This document shows, one piece after another, positions 1 to 11,879 of a stretch of 36,252 nt of DNA. A program made the position numbers and the translations under genes. The stretch's first letter is position 1; each line of letters starts with the position of its first letter. A model generated the notes under the pieces. The model saw only the letters and a program-made list of their open reading frames with translations, did not search any database and was not told where the DNA came from. Source of the stretch: Chiloscyllium plagiosum (taxonomy: Eukaryota); NCBI RefSeq assembly GCF_004010195.1, contig NW_025213825.1:1-36252 (forward strand), written 5' to 3'.

Positions 1-755
1 AGATATCCTAACCTAATTTAGTTCCACTTGCCAGCACTTGGCCCATATCCCTCTAAACCCTTTCTATTCATATACCCATCCAGATGTCTTTCAAATGCTG
101 TAATTATACCAACGTCCACCACTTCCTCTGGCAGCTCATTCCATACACGTACCACCCTCTGTGTGAAAAAGTTTCCCCTTAGGCCCCTTTTAAGCTTTTC
201 CCCTCTCACCCCAAACCTATGCCCACTAGTTCTGGACTCACCCACCCCAGTGAAATCACCTTGTCTGTTTACCCTATATGTGCCCCTCGTGTATAAACAT
301 CTAAGATCACCCCTCAGCCTATGACACTGCAGGGAAAACAGCCCCAGCCTGTTCAGCCTCTCCCTATAGCTCAAATCCTCTAATCCTGGCAACATCCTTG
401 TAAATTTTTTCTGAATCCTTTCAAGTTTCACTACATCCTTCTGATAGGAGGGAGATCAGATATTCCAAAAGTGGTCTAACCAATGACCTGCACAGATCCA
501 ATATGCCCTCTGAACTCCTCTACTCAGTGCTCTGACCAATAAAGGAAAGCATTCCAAATGCCTTCTTCACTATCCTATCTAATTGTGACTCCACCTTCAA
601 GGAGTTATGAACCTGCACTCCAAGGTCTCTGTTCAGCAACACTCCCTAGGACTTTACCATTTAGTGTATAGGTCCTGCTCTGATTTTCTAAAATGTAGCA
701 CCTCAAATTTATCTAAATTAAACTCCATCTATCACTCTTCAGCCCATCTGACCAA
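1..755 (-). mobile_element. CR1-clade LINE (HER1-like), young 3' ORF2 fragment
   Basis: ORF 18..431: LERIQKKFTRMLPGL...RLRGDL...FFTQRVVRVWNELP, the typical CR1 RT C-terminus; highly similar to copies at 13311 and 16650. Confidence 0.93.
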
Positions 756-1404
756 GATAAACCTTCCTTCAGTCACCAGCCACTGCTGTTTGTTTTCAAT
801 CACCCAACCAATTTTGTATCCATGTTGCTACCATCCCTTTTCCATTAACCCCTATCTTTACACAAATGCCTGTTTTGTACCTTCTCTATCATATGCCTTT
901 TGGAAAGTCAGCACATCAACTGCATTACCCTCATCAATGCTTTCTGTTAACTCATTTTTAAAAAAAAGCTCAAGTTAAGCACAATTTACCCTTATCAAAT
1001 CTGTACTGGCTTTCCTTAATTAACCTCTATTTTACTGAAGTGAGTCGTAATTTTGTACTCAATTTTATAATTTTTTGAAACTTTCCAACTACCTTAAATT
1101 TGACTGGCCTGCGGTTATCGGGTTTATCTTTTCACACAGTTTTGATCAAGGGTGTAACATTTGCAGTTCTCGTAGTTCTCTGGCATCAGCCCTAAGTATA
1201 TAAAAAAATTGGAAAATTTCAGTCAGTGCCTCTACAACTTTTACTCTCGCTTGCTTCAGGGTTCTTGGAAGCAGTCTTATCTGGTCCTAGCATCTTATGT
1301 ACTTCAAATCGAGACTGTCTATCTAATAACACCTCCTTCAAGTGTCTGAACTTCCTCCTCTTTCACCATGACACATGCAACATCTAGTATTAGTTTTCTA
1401 GTGC

Positions 1405-1920
1405 ATTATCAACCCGACCAGATCCCCTCAAAATATTTAAAAAGGTAGCCTAGCCCTTAACTTTTGCTTATTTAAATGTAGATGTGAAGTGCCATGTTCC
1501 AGGTGCAATTTGACGATAAGCAAAACACAATTTATTTAAACACTACAGTACCCATTACTAATTAACTCTTCCAATTTCATTCCCTAAACACACCCTTTTG
1601 CAAAAAGGCAAATTCAGACACTGATTCCCACATGCAGTTTTAGGAGGAAAAAGAATGGAGAAAATTCAGAAAAAGTAGTAGCTAGGAGATATTCACTGAA
1701 GCTGCTAACTATTTTGAAGCCCCAAAGGCGTCTGCTCAAAACTGAACCTAAAAACTAGAAAGCCTGGTCTGAGAGAGTTGACCATACCCAGTCTGCTTCC
1801 CTTGTTCCAACTTTTAAAAAGAACCCAAAGATTCTCAAAATTGTTTACTTGTACACCTTTGCCTTACACGTCTCTTCAAAAAAGAACATAATTACCTCTT
1901 AAAGTGACAGCATCATCACA
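1405..1920. mobile_element. Possible solo LTR inserted in the CR1 ORF2
   Basis: ~515-bp non-CR1 block interrupting collinear CR1 sequence; ends in CATCACA; resembles a recalled shark LTR-like repeat; left terminus decayed. Confidence 0.35.
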
Positions 1921-2989
1921 AGTAATAGTGATGGTGATAGTAGTTGATTCCTCCCCGTATTCTTCAATATAAATGGAATGTTTGAAGTATCGTCCAATGT
2001 CACATTTGATGTAAGATATTTGTTTGACTCCTCCACCATTTCCTTGTTCCCTATAACTGTATTCCTAGATTAAGTTTCTAAGGATCTATGTTCACTTTGA
2101 TCTCTCTCTTCCTTTTTGTATATTTAAAGATGACCTTATTGTCAGTTTTCATACTTCTCACTAGTTTGCCCTCAAGATTTGTTCTCTTGTCTTTTTTTAC
2201 CTTTTATAGTCCTCATTTTCTGGATTATGCATATATCCCAGTCTTTGGTGCTGTAGCTGACTTTGCCTTCTTGTATGCTTTTTCTTTCAACTTGGTACTC
2301 TCCTTAACTTCTTTGGTTAGCGGTGGATGGTTTCTCCAGCTCTTAGAATCTTTCTTCTTTACTGGGATGTATTTTTGCAGAGAGTCTTGAATTATTCCTT
2401 AAACATTTGTCACTGCTTGCTTACTGTCATACCTGCTTATCTATCCACACTGTTCACTCCAGCTAACTGTAATTGTAAATCCATAACACACTGTCTAAAT
2501 TCAATGTCGTAGCCACCCTTTCCAATTTGATTCACAAGATAGATCATCTGTAGTTATTGCTCTATTCTTTTTACATGCTTTTACTATTTGTTGATTGATA
2601 TCCTTTCCGACAAGATAGCTACTGTTTCGGGGCTTTGTACACTACTCCTACCAATAACTTCTTTCACTTGGTTTAAATTCATGTGATATCATGGGAAATT
2701 CATAGGTTTCTTTTTAACCTCCACCCAAGTTCATCTCTCATTAAGTGTTACTGTGCCACATTTTCCATCCATCCTTGTCTTTCCAAAAGGTTAAATACAC
2801 CTGAATGTTTAACTTCCCAATTTTAATTATTTTGTAACTATGTTTTTGTAATCACTATGAAATCATATTCATCTACCTTGATTTGCACTGTCAATTCATC
2901 TACGTTATTCTGAATTGCTTGTGCATTAAGGTACAACACCTTAAATCTCTTGTATGATTGAATTTCCCTAAATTTTTATTCTTGGATGT

Positions 2990-3211
2990 ACCACCACCCC
3001 CTGAGAAAAAGAACAGGAAATGACATCACCAACCCAAGGAAACCCAAACAAATAAATAGAAAGCGGGCTATACCACCAATGCTTCATCTGGAGGCTCACT
3101 GAAGATGTTACCTGGTATGGTGTCGAAACTTCTGAAAACGAACCTTCCAGCTCAGCGAGCAAACCTATATCCAGAACCCCAACCTGAGCTACAAATCTTC
3201 TTAAAACTCGT
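2990..3211 (+). mobile_element. Penelope-like element terminal fragment with decayed hammerhead motif
   Basis: CTGAAGA-T-GTTACC-tggtat-GGTGTC-GAAAC at 3099-3129; lies between CR1 ORF1 and ORF2. Confidence 0.7.
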
Positions 3212-4925
3212 TGATGTTTCTTCTTCCTTGGTGCAACGCAACACAAATTCTGGCCCTTTTAATTTTTGGTAACAACCTGTCACTTCACTAATCTGCAATC
3301 CTACCTTGTCCTTTTATCTTTGACTTTATTATTTTTCATGCAACTGAACCACCTCCCTCCATTTAGTTTAAACCCCTGTTCACAGCTTTAGTCTTGCAAT
3401 TCACCAGGACTCTGATCCCAGCATGATTCAGGTGGAGCCTGTTCCATCGAAAAAGCTCCCTCATTCCCAGTACTGCTGCTGTAAACTCATTTCTGCCAAT
3501 CTTTGAGCTACACATTTTTCCTCTTGCTGACTCTATACCAATTAACTGATGGCTCAGATAGTAATCTGGACAATTTTTGTTTTACTTTTTTTTGGTTCTT
3601 CTTTTTAAATCTGCCCCAGGCTGCTCAGACACCCCCCTCAGCGGAACCTCGTTCCATGGTCTACCTATGTCGCTAATACCTACATGGTCCATGACAACTG
3701 GATCATTCCCCTCCTACGCCAAGTCCATCTGCAGTCCAGATGACATATCCTGAACTGGGGCATAAACAGGCAACGCAGCTTTCTGTGTTTATTCCCCTGA
3801 CAATACTATTCCTGTGCACAATTACATTTCTCTACCCTCCATCCTGTTGAATGGTTCCCTGCATCATGAGTGCTATGATCAATTTGTTCATCATCCCTAC
3901 AGCCCTACTCTCAACAAAGCAGGACACAAGAATCTCAAACCTGTTAGACAAGCTGAAGGGCTGAGGCTTCAGCAGTATGACCTCCTGGAACCCTTTTCCT
4001 GCTTTGCTTGTAGTGACACCTCTCTGTCCCTGACCACTGACTGAAGTAGTTAAACTAAAGGGTGTGACATCTCCTGAAACACAGCATCCAAGTAAATACC
4101 CCTCCCTCCCACACCCCCGAAGTGTCGAGTGTTCAAAGCTCATCCTGCAGCTCATCACCTCTGAACCAGAGTTTCTATAGCAACCAACACTTGCTACAGA
4201 TGACGACACTGAGCTACAATGGAGCCCACCAGCTCCCATTATCATCGAGGCAAAATACATTGCCTGGACCTGCGTCTCTATCTTATTTACTTAGTTATTA
4301 ATTTGTTTATTTCAAACTTTTGATTGGTCTCAGATTGTTTGTTAAATATTTTACATAAGTTACGTTTTAATGAAAAATTACCGAACAGTCAAATTATCAG
4401 CTATTGTGAACCAATGAATTTATGGTTTTCCTGTGACTATTAGGCTGAGCCAATGATCCTGGGCTTCAGTTTATCCTGTTATAAGACCTTCTAAACCATC
4501 AAACAAAGCTGCAAGCCAAAAAACCTCCTCTGCACCAAATTCTCATGCAGAATTCCAGAAATATGAGAGCCTGTGCTGTGCCTCACTCTGAATGTTATCT
4601 CTTCTTCCTGTGTGAAGCTTACTGATCTGCGAGAACATCAAAGTTGTATATAAATGATAGTATGGATCAGTTAGGACAAATTACTTATTTTTGTGCAGTG
4701 CATTTTTATTTCATATTTCTGGTGCAATAATCCATTGTTTAAATGATTGTGTGTCAGTTTAACCTGAACGTGTGTATAATAGTTGTTTATCTGGAAATGA
4801 AATCCACAGTAGGAATAACCCTTCTTTAATTACTCTGTTTCTCAAACAAATGATCTCAGTTGTGTAGTTCATTGAAGTTTTACAGTTTTGTTTTAAACTC
4901 ATACTTTTACATTTTTTGAACCTAG

Positions 4926-5039
4926 ATTAAGTTTAAGTGGGGAAGGTACATCCTTTGAACAGCAGGCATCTGGAGCTGTTTTAGATTTAATGGGTGATGA
5001 AACACAAGATCTGCAAAAGAGAAAACAAATGCTAAAGTG
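4926..5039 (+). CDS. DDX54: DDX54 internal coding exon (DBP10CT region), 114 bp, phase 2-2
   Basis: Pyrimidine tract and CCTAG acceptor, then (G)[37 protein letters not shown](W), then TG|GTATGT donor. Matches recalled human DDX54 [30 protein letters not shown]...QLKW. Confidence 0.95.
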
Positions 5040-5159
5040 GTATGTATTATTCATAAAATGCTTTTATTTCTTAACTGTTAGGAGTTTATTTGATATCTGT
5101 TACTAGATATCTTCAATGTTGATCTTAAATTAATAGAATTTAACTGCATACATTTAAAA

Positions 5160-5895
5160 AGTTAGAAACTTGGAACTGGAGGAGGCCATTTGGCCTTTTG
5201 AGCTTGTTTCACCATTCAATATGATCATAGCTTATTCTCCCAGTGCCATATTCTTTCTTGATCCTTGTATCATCCCTTGATGCCTTTAATATCTAAACAT
5301 TTATAAGTCTCATTGTTGAATATATTCGGTGACTTGACCTCCACAGTTTCATTACTGATTGGGTGCCAAAATGTTTTTTCCTCTGTCAAAATGGCCTGTC
5401 TTGTATCCTGAAACTGTGACCCCTGATTCTAGGCTCCCCAAACAGAAAATATCATCCCTGATTCTAATATGTCCAGCTCTGTTTGAATTTCATACATTTC
5501 AATTAGATTCTGTCTGTCTTCTAAATGCTAGTGAATACAGGCCCAGTTGAGCTAATGTCTCCTCATAGTATTGTCTTACAACATTGGTATCAACCTGGTG
5601 AACTTCTACTGCACTCCCTGTATGACAAGCGTATCCTTCTTTGTGCGCAATTTTGGTCTTTCTACATAATGTTCCAGGCATGGTCCCACCATGGTCCCTG
5701 TGTAACTGCAGTAAGACATCCTTGCCTCTGAACTCAAATAATCTTGCAATTAAGACAAATATACAATTTGCCTTCCTAATGACTTGCTGCACCTGCCTAT
5801 TTTCTGCCATAGACTGGTGTAGAAGGACACGGAGATCCCTTTTTACTTCCACATTTCACAATATATCACTACTTAAATAATACTCTCTCCCTTTT
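5160..5895 (-). mobile_element. CR1 LINE 3' fragment (older subfamily)
   Basis: ORF 5499..5852 RDLRVLLHQS...QVQQVIRKAN...FEFRGKDVLLQL is CR1 RT C-terminal sequence; 3' UTR near 5160-5230. Confidence 0.85.
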
Positions 5896-6211
5896 TCTTT
5901 CTGTTGAACTACCGAAACTTTCTGCAAATGGGAATATGCTATACCATATTATGTGTGTAATGTACACCATGGAAATCACAAAGCCCTCTACTGCTGAGGA
6001 CATGCACGTAGTGAGTGGCTTACCAGATGATCATGAGTGTTTTAATCTCTATATTCTTGCCATTTTCGTGTGTGAACAGAAATGTCGAGCAAAAAATGTT
6101 CTGATGCATTGACCATTGCATTTGATACCACATCCATGGGGATGTAAAGCCTCTGAAATTTCCATCCATATTTTGGATAAATTGCCTGTGATAATCTTTG
6201 ATTTTCTTCTA

Positions 6212-6716
6212 AAATGAAACAAAGAACTGTGAATGCTAGAAATCTGAAATAATTACAGAAATATCTGGAAAAACTCAGCTGCTCTGGCAGCTTCTGTGGA
6301 CAGAAAGCAGAGTTAATGTTTCCAGTCTAGTTACTCGTCTGCAGAACTGATGAAAGCCAGGAAAATGTGTATATATATTGAAAAAGTTGGGGGAAGGAAG
6401 AAGAGTGAGTGGATGGGCTGAAGTGGAGCCCACAGACTGAAAATGACATTAAGTAGACAAGGGGATATATGCCAGGGAGAAAGAACATCTGATAATGGGA
6501 ATCACACATGTAAGTGAAAGTGGGTTGGCAGTGGAAAGCAGCTCATGTCATGATAGAGGCGTAGGGTTAGGTAAAGGGCATAGAAGGTGTTGAAGTTCTA
6601 AAATTATTGAACTTGGCATTGAGCCCTGAAGGCTGCCGGTCCCCAGGTGGAAAATGAGATGCTGTTCTTCCAGCTGGCACTGAGCTGCACTGGAGCGCTG
6701 TAGCTAGCCTGAGACC
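6212..6716 (-). mobile_element. Penelope-like element 3' part (GIY-YIG C-terminus plus terminal repeat)
   Basis: Minus strand QPSGLNAKFNNFR matches the PLE endonuclease end (QPxGLNxxF); decayed hammerhead CTGCAGA...GAAAC at 6314-6345; tail similar to 7046-7165 and 34553-34680. Confidence 0.8.
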
Positions 6717-7045
6717 AAAACGAAGAGTGTGAGAATATGGGCTGGAGAGCAATTGGAGAACAACAGGGGAGTAACCAGTCAAAGGATCGACACTATGGAA
6801 AGCAAGTGAGCAAGAAGCTCAGCGCGTTGACGACGTGATGTGCTGGAGGGTTGAAAAAATGGGAGAGACAAGAGGCAGTTTTCTTTTGTAATAAGTGACT
6901 GCTCAGTAACTGCTTTAAAGTGAAAGTGATGAAAAATGCTATTGAGGACATTGTTAATTTACCAGTCCTACTGTTAGGACATACTTTAAATGGGAAATGC
7001 TAGTATCTTACTTTGTCTACTTTACCGACAATCTAACTTACAGTT

Positions 7046-7165
7046 TCTGAAGAAAGGTCACAGGACATAATTCTGCTTTCTCTCCACAGGTGCAGCCAGA
7101 CCTGCTGAATTTCCCAGCAAATTGTTTTTATGTCAGATTTTCAGTATCCGCAGGTCTTTTGTTGT
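7046..7165 (+). mobile_element. Penelope-like terminal repeat fragment (hammerhead GAAA half deleted)
   Basis: CTGAAGAAAGGTCAC...CCAGACCTGCTGAATTTCCCAGCA, similar to other PLE tails in the window. Confidence 0.7.
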
Positions 7166-7198
7166 ACTTTATTGAATAGTTTATACTTTCACAAATCT

Positions 7199-7519
7199 AT
7201 TAGATTAGATTACAAGTTAGATTAGTTTACTTTACAGTGTGGAAACAGGCCCTTCGGCCCAACAAGTCCACACCGATCCGCCGAAGCGCAACCCACCCAC
7301 ACCCCTACATTTACCCCTTACCTAACACTACGGGCAATTTAGCATAGCCAGTTCACCTGACCTGCACATCTTTGGACTGTGGGAGCACCCGGAGGAAACC
7401 CACGCAGACACGGGGAGAACGTGCAAACTCCATACAGTCAGTCGCCTGAGGCGGGAACTAAACCCGGGTCTCTGGCGCTGTGAAGCTGCAGTGCTAACCA
7501 CTGTGCCACCGTGCCGCCC
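7199..7519 (-). mobile_element. HE1-type tRNA-derived SINE (V-SINE group), near full length
   Basis: Head GGGCGGCACGGTGGCACAGTGGTTAGCAC (A box) and B-box-like GGGTTTAGTTCC; CR1-like tail GGGCCGAAGGGCCTGTTTCC ending in (TCTAA)n. Confidence 0.9.
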
Positions 7520-7624
7520 ATTGAAACCATTTCTGACATTTCATTAAAAATACATGTGCTGCAAATCTGCAGCACTTCCCAATCCCTTTCCCATTGTGCT
7601 AATTATGTTGTGTCACCATATTCT

Positions 7625-7830
7625 TCCCAGACCATAGGGACTGCTAACTCATTAAAGAGAGAAGCGATTGGTAGTGATTTAACCTGAGGGCCGTCAGACC
7701 TCCAGCGAGGGAAGAGGTTGAGAAGAAGAGTCCTTCATGGTAACCTCAAACCAGTGATGGGAAATGAACCCACACTGATGGCATCTCACTGCTCTGCAAA
7801 CCAGCAACCCAGCCAACCAAGCTAAACCAA
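7625..7830 (-). mobile_element. Older tRNA-derived SINE of a different family
   Basis: Minus strand starts GGTTTAGCTTGGTTGG (A-box-like) followed by GTGGGTTCATTTCCC (B-box-like). Confidence 0.6.
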
Positions 7831-8076
7831 TTCCCCATTAATTATGCCTTTGTAACCTTTGTTTTTAATCATACACAACTCTGGAATAAGACATTTTCCC
7901 ATTTACAATATTTACAAGAAAATGTCGTAAATGAGAAAACTTATTCCAAACATCCTTTAAACCAAAATGAATTTTTAGTTATGTTTTTAATGTTTTAATT
8001 TATTGATGTTTAATTTCGTGTTTTTTTAAACATTTGGTAGGTGATAATATTAAAAAATTATTGAAATTTTGTGCAG

Positions 8077-8178
8077 GGACCGTAAAAAGAAGCGATTTAT
8101 CAGAGACACCAGCCAGGAAAATAAGAAAATAAAAACTGAAAGTGGGCGATATATCAGTGCTTCATACAAGAAAAACAT
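8077..8178 (+). CDS. DDX54: DDX54 internal coding exon (DBP10CT region), 102 bp, phase 2-2
   Basis: TGCAG acceptor; the first G completes the TGG (Trp) codon split from the previous exon, so the frame is continuous. Translates [34 protein letters not shown], matching recalled human [35 protein letters not shown]. Confidence 0.95.
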
Positions 8179-8187
8179 GTATCTTTT
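8179..8187 (+). promoter_or_regulatory. U12-type (minor spliceosome) 5' splice site
   Basis: GTATCTTTT versus U12 consensus RTATCCTTT (one mismatch at +6); poor fit to U2 consensus GTRAGT. Confidence 0.8.
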
Positions 8188-8469
8188 TTATTGTTTCATT
8201 TTACTTATTGTTGCACTTATTGTTTTTTGTCAGGTCTTATTTTAACCTAAAAATGAAAGAGATCAAATAATTTTGCTGTGCGTTTCATTGAGATTCTTAA
8301 TTAGGAGAAGTGCACTCGTACAATTCTTTGATCAAAAAGTGACTTAGTCAGATCCGATTTGGAACACTGAATTCAGTGTGGGGTATCAAACCTCAGAAAA
8401 TATATCTTTGACTTCCGAAACAATATCGGAAAAATTCACTGCAATGGTAGCAAAACGAAAGTGCTTAAA

Positions 8470-8760
8470 TTGAGGGTAGTTGACAAGACTTGGCTTGTGT
8501 TCCCATGAGTTTTAGAAAGTGAGGGATGATTTAATCTAAATATGTAAAACAGTAAAGAAATGAGTTAGAGTAGATACGGACATATTAATCTAGAACAAGG
8601 GGATATGTTAAACTCACTCTGGGTTAAGCATTTAACAATGGAATCAGAACCACCTTTCACAAAATGGCAAATAGAAATTTGGAACTTGGTTGTTGAGAGA
8701 TGGGAGAAGCTTGAATGACTTGACATTAAAATAGAGGTGATTTTATACAAGTATACAAGC
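8470..8760 (+). mobile_element. Highly decayed CR1 3' fragment
   Basis: LGLCSHE(F)RK..DDLI-like remnant of LGLFSLE.RRLRGDLI. Confidence 0.5.
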
Positions 8761-9379
8761 TAGTGAATAGTATGCAAATGATGCAAGTGAAAGTTACTTT
8801 TAAAAAATAGAATAAGGCATGTTTCCATAACTAAATGGCAAATTTACTGAAACCAAAACTTCTTTCCTTTACAAAAACATTAATCAATACATAGGATATT
8901 TTCCAAATTACTTAGTAGTGCCATAAGTCCTGGAATGATTTTGGAAACATTGTATATTGTAATGTGGGGAGGATTGTTGGTGTAGCTTTGAATGGAGGAA
9001 CGAAAACAGGTCTTCCTTAAATAATGGTCTCGAATTATCTAGGTTGCAAGCAAAACAATCTGAATTTCCTTTGACTTTGTTTTATGGTCTTGAGCATTCT
9101 TAAGTTGGAAGGACAGGTTAATGTACCGCATTGAAAGATCTACAGTTATACAGAAAGCACACATCCTTAGCACTTGCCTTCCCCTCCCTGATTCTACACT
9201 GCAGGTCCTGCTTCATGATCATTCATTTTTACTTATAAAAAATTGAATTTAAATTTAAAATTTGCTGTGTGATAGAATCATCTTATTAACTAGTCCACGG
9301 CAACTAAATACTTTGGACTCAGACTGAAAATAACCTAAATATAACTTATTATAATGGACAAAAATTCTGATCTAAGCTA

Positions 9380-9870
9380 ATTTGAAAATAGATCTGGGGA
9401 ATATGTACACAAATCTTTGAATGTTGCAGCCTATTTGCAAAGTTTGGTCAGAAAGCATAAGAGTTCCTGGATTTTATTAATGGAAGAATAGAGTGCAAAA
9501 ATAAGGGAGCTATGCTAAATCTTCGCAAAGCACTGGCCACAACTGGAGTGTTCTATTCAATCCAGATGTCATACTTTGAAAAGGTTGTTTAAGTACAAGG
9601 TGTACAAAAGAAATGTACTGAAATCCTACTAGGGCAGACAGAATTCAGATCTTTGAAAATTTGGAGAAACTTGAGTTGTTCTTTTAAGCAAACAATACTG
9701 TGGCGGTTTAATTGAGATGTTCACAGTCTTAAAGGGGTTTGATAAAGCAAGGAAATAATGTGTCCAGTGGTAGAAGGTTTGATAACCAGCTAACACAAAT
9801 TTAATTTGATTAGTTAAAGAAATTGAGGCAATATAAAGGAAAGGGATTTTCACAATGCAAGTTGTTGTTA
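9380..9870 (+). mobile_element. Decayed CR1 RT C-terminal fragment
   Basis: DLG.YVHKSLNVA...IECKNK.AMLNL...PQLE remnants. Confidence 0.65.
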
Positions 9871-9874
9871 TCTA

Positions 9875-10276
9875 GTGACACCTCAGTCACCTGCCCTGCC
9901 TTATTTCCCAAGAGTAGGTCAAGTTTTGCACCTTCTCTAGTAGGTACATCCACATACTGAATCAGAAAATTGTCTTGTACACACTTAAGAAATTCCTCTC
10001 CATCTAAACCTTTAACACTATGCCAGTCCCAGTCGATGTTGGGAAATTTAAAATCCCCTACCTTAACTAACCTATTATTCTTACAGATAGCGGAGATCTT
10101 CTTACAAGTTTGTTTCTCAGTTTCCCTCTGACTATTGGTGGGGTCTATATTACAATCCCAATAAGGTGATCATCCCTTTCTTATTTCTCAGTTCCACCCA
10201 AATAACTACCCTGGGTGTATTTCTGGGAATATCCTCCCTCAGCACAGCTGTAACGCTATCCCTTGTCAAAAATGCA
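9875..10276 (-). mobile_element. CR1 ORF2 AP-endonuclease fragment
   Basis: Minus strand IWVELRNKKGMITLLGL.YRP...VGDFKFPNIDW...FLKCVQDNFLIQYVDVPTREGAKLDLLL. Confidence 0.88.
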
Positions 10277-11075
10277 GAAAGCATAGAGGACTGTCAAAGA
10301 ATACAGGAGAATGTAGATAGACTGGAGATTTGGATGGAGAAGTGGCAGATGGAGTTCCATCTGGGCAAATGTGAGGTGATGCAATTTGGAAGGTCTAATT
10401 CTAGAGCGAAGTATACTGTAAATGGAAGAGCCTTGGAAAAGTTGATGAATGGAGAGATCTGGGAATTCAGGTCCATTGTACCCTGAAGATGGCTGCACAG
10501 GTGGATACAATGGTCAAGAAGGCATATGGTATGCTTGCCTTAATCGGACAGGGTATTGATGAGAAGAGGTGGCAGGTCATGCTGAAATTGTACAAAACTT
10601 TGGTTCGGCCGCATTTAGAATACTGTATGCATTTCTGGTCACTGCATTACCAAAAGGATGTGGACACTTTGGAGACGATGCAGAGAATGTTTACGAGGAT
10701 GTTGCCTGGTATGGAAGGTGCTAGCTCTGAAGAGAGGTAGAATAGATTAGGTTTGTTTTCACTAGAAAAAAGGAGATTGAAGGTGGACCTGATTGAGGTC
10801 TACAAAATCACGAAGGGTGTAGACAGGGTGGATGGAGATAAGCTTTTTCTGAGGGTGAGGGATTTAATAACAAGAGAGTATGCGTTCAAAGTGAGAGGAG
10901 AAAAGTTTAATAGGGATATGCGCTGAAAGCACTTTACACAGAGGGTGGTAGCTGGAACACGTTGCCAGCAGAGGCAGGCTTGGTCGATTCTTTAAAGGTG
11001 CATCTGGACAGATGCGTGAGTAGATGGGGGAGCACAGGGATATAGATCCTTAGGATTTGGGCAATAGGTTTAGAG
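10277..11075 (+). mobile_element. CR1 ORF2 RT C-terminal fragment
   Basis: ORFs 10166 and 10489: [36 protein letters not shown]...MQRMFTRMLPG. Confidence 0.92.
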
Positions 11076-11395
11076 ACAGTGAGAGAGACACAGAGCCACA
11101 GAGACATAGACAGAGAAACGTTCTGGGATTTACATATTAATGAACCAAAACCTGCAAAATATTCTAAAAGATGAAAGACTGAACAGCAATCTCAGTTTGT
11201 TTATTTTTTCTTAATTGCATGACACTGATCTTTTGCTAAACATTCTGTGTCCTATGATCCTGCCCCACTAGTTACCTGCTAAAGGAGAAGTACTCTGAAA
11301 GTTAGTACTTACAAATAAACCTGTTAGACTATAACCTGGTGTTATGTGATTTTAACGCTGTCCACCCCAGTCCAATACTGGTACCTCTACATCAT
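11076..11395 (+). mobile_element. Penelope-like element terminal fragment preceded by GA-rich microsatellite
   Basis: Decayed hammerhead CTGCTAA-A-GGAGAAGTACTCT-GAAAGTTA (11276-11304) followed by AATAAACCTGTT.GACTATAACCTGGTG, a recalled shark PLE tail. Confidence 0.6.
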
Positions 11396-11399
11396 ACCT

Positions 11400-11725
11400 C
11401 CACAACATTCATCACTTCTGCTTCATTGATTTGCAGTTTACCTTTCAGACACCGGTCATTATTTTAGTTGTCAAAATATTCTACTACTTCTGAAAGTAGC
11501 AAAGTTTTGTTCAGCTCAGTTGTCAGTAATTTAGTTATGGATTCAAATTTTTTGCTGAACACATTCTCCTTTACAAAGCACAGAATATTTTTTACATGTC
11601 TAATCACATGTATGACTTTTAAGGACTTTCTATCATATCTTTCATTGTTGCTTTGCCCCACATGTAACATTACCATTATGTCTGTTCCTGTTCCTTCAGG
11701 CACCTTCCTCAAATTTTCTCTCAAT
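11400..11725 (-). mobile_element. Ancient CR1-type ORF1 SGNH-esterase relic
   Basis: ORF 11464..11748 ENLRKVPEGTGTDIMVMLHVGQSNN resembles the CR1 ORF1 block LKGEGEQPEVVVHIGTND. Confidence 0.4.
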
Positions 11726-11879
11726 ATACACTCTCTATATACACCCATATGATATGAAATGAGTTACATCTAAGGAATTTTCAATATCTCAGGACGGTCT
11801 AAAGAATTTTACATTCAACAAAATACTTTAAGTTTGTGGCCACTATTATAAATGATTCCAATTTCGGGGAATTGAGACA

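Larger units (their letters stand above)
760..4280 (-). mobile_element. Old near-full-length CR1 LINE (ORF1 esterase plus ORF2 endonuclease/RT), interrupted by later insertions
   Basis: Minus-strand motifs in the expected order: ORF1 LSNRFEIL (~3935), decayed SGNH esterase blocks (VVMDHVGISDIGR ~3660-3700; RLHLNHAG ~3430), ORF2 start FKVLYLNAQAI (~2915-2950), RT-proximal NRRPV (~1100-1118). Confidence 0.8.

Noticed and set aside
28..324. Recurrent ORF MPALGPYPSKPFLFIY (also at 13413 and 17119) as a gene family
   Set aside because: Antisense reading frame of the CR1 3' end repeated in each copy.
7440..7519. tRNA gene
   Set aside because: The A/B boxes belong to a SINE head; no full cloverleaf, and it continues into SINE body and tail. 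The same applies at 27637, 28822 and 31878.
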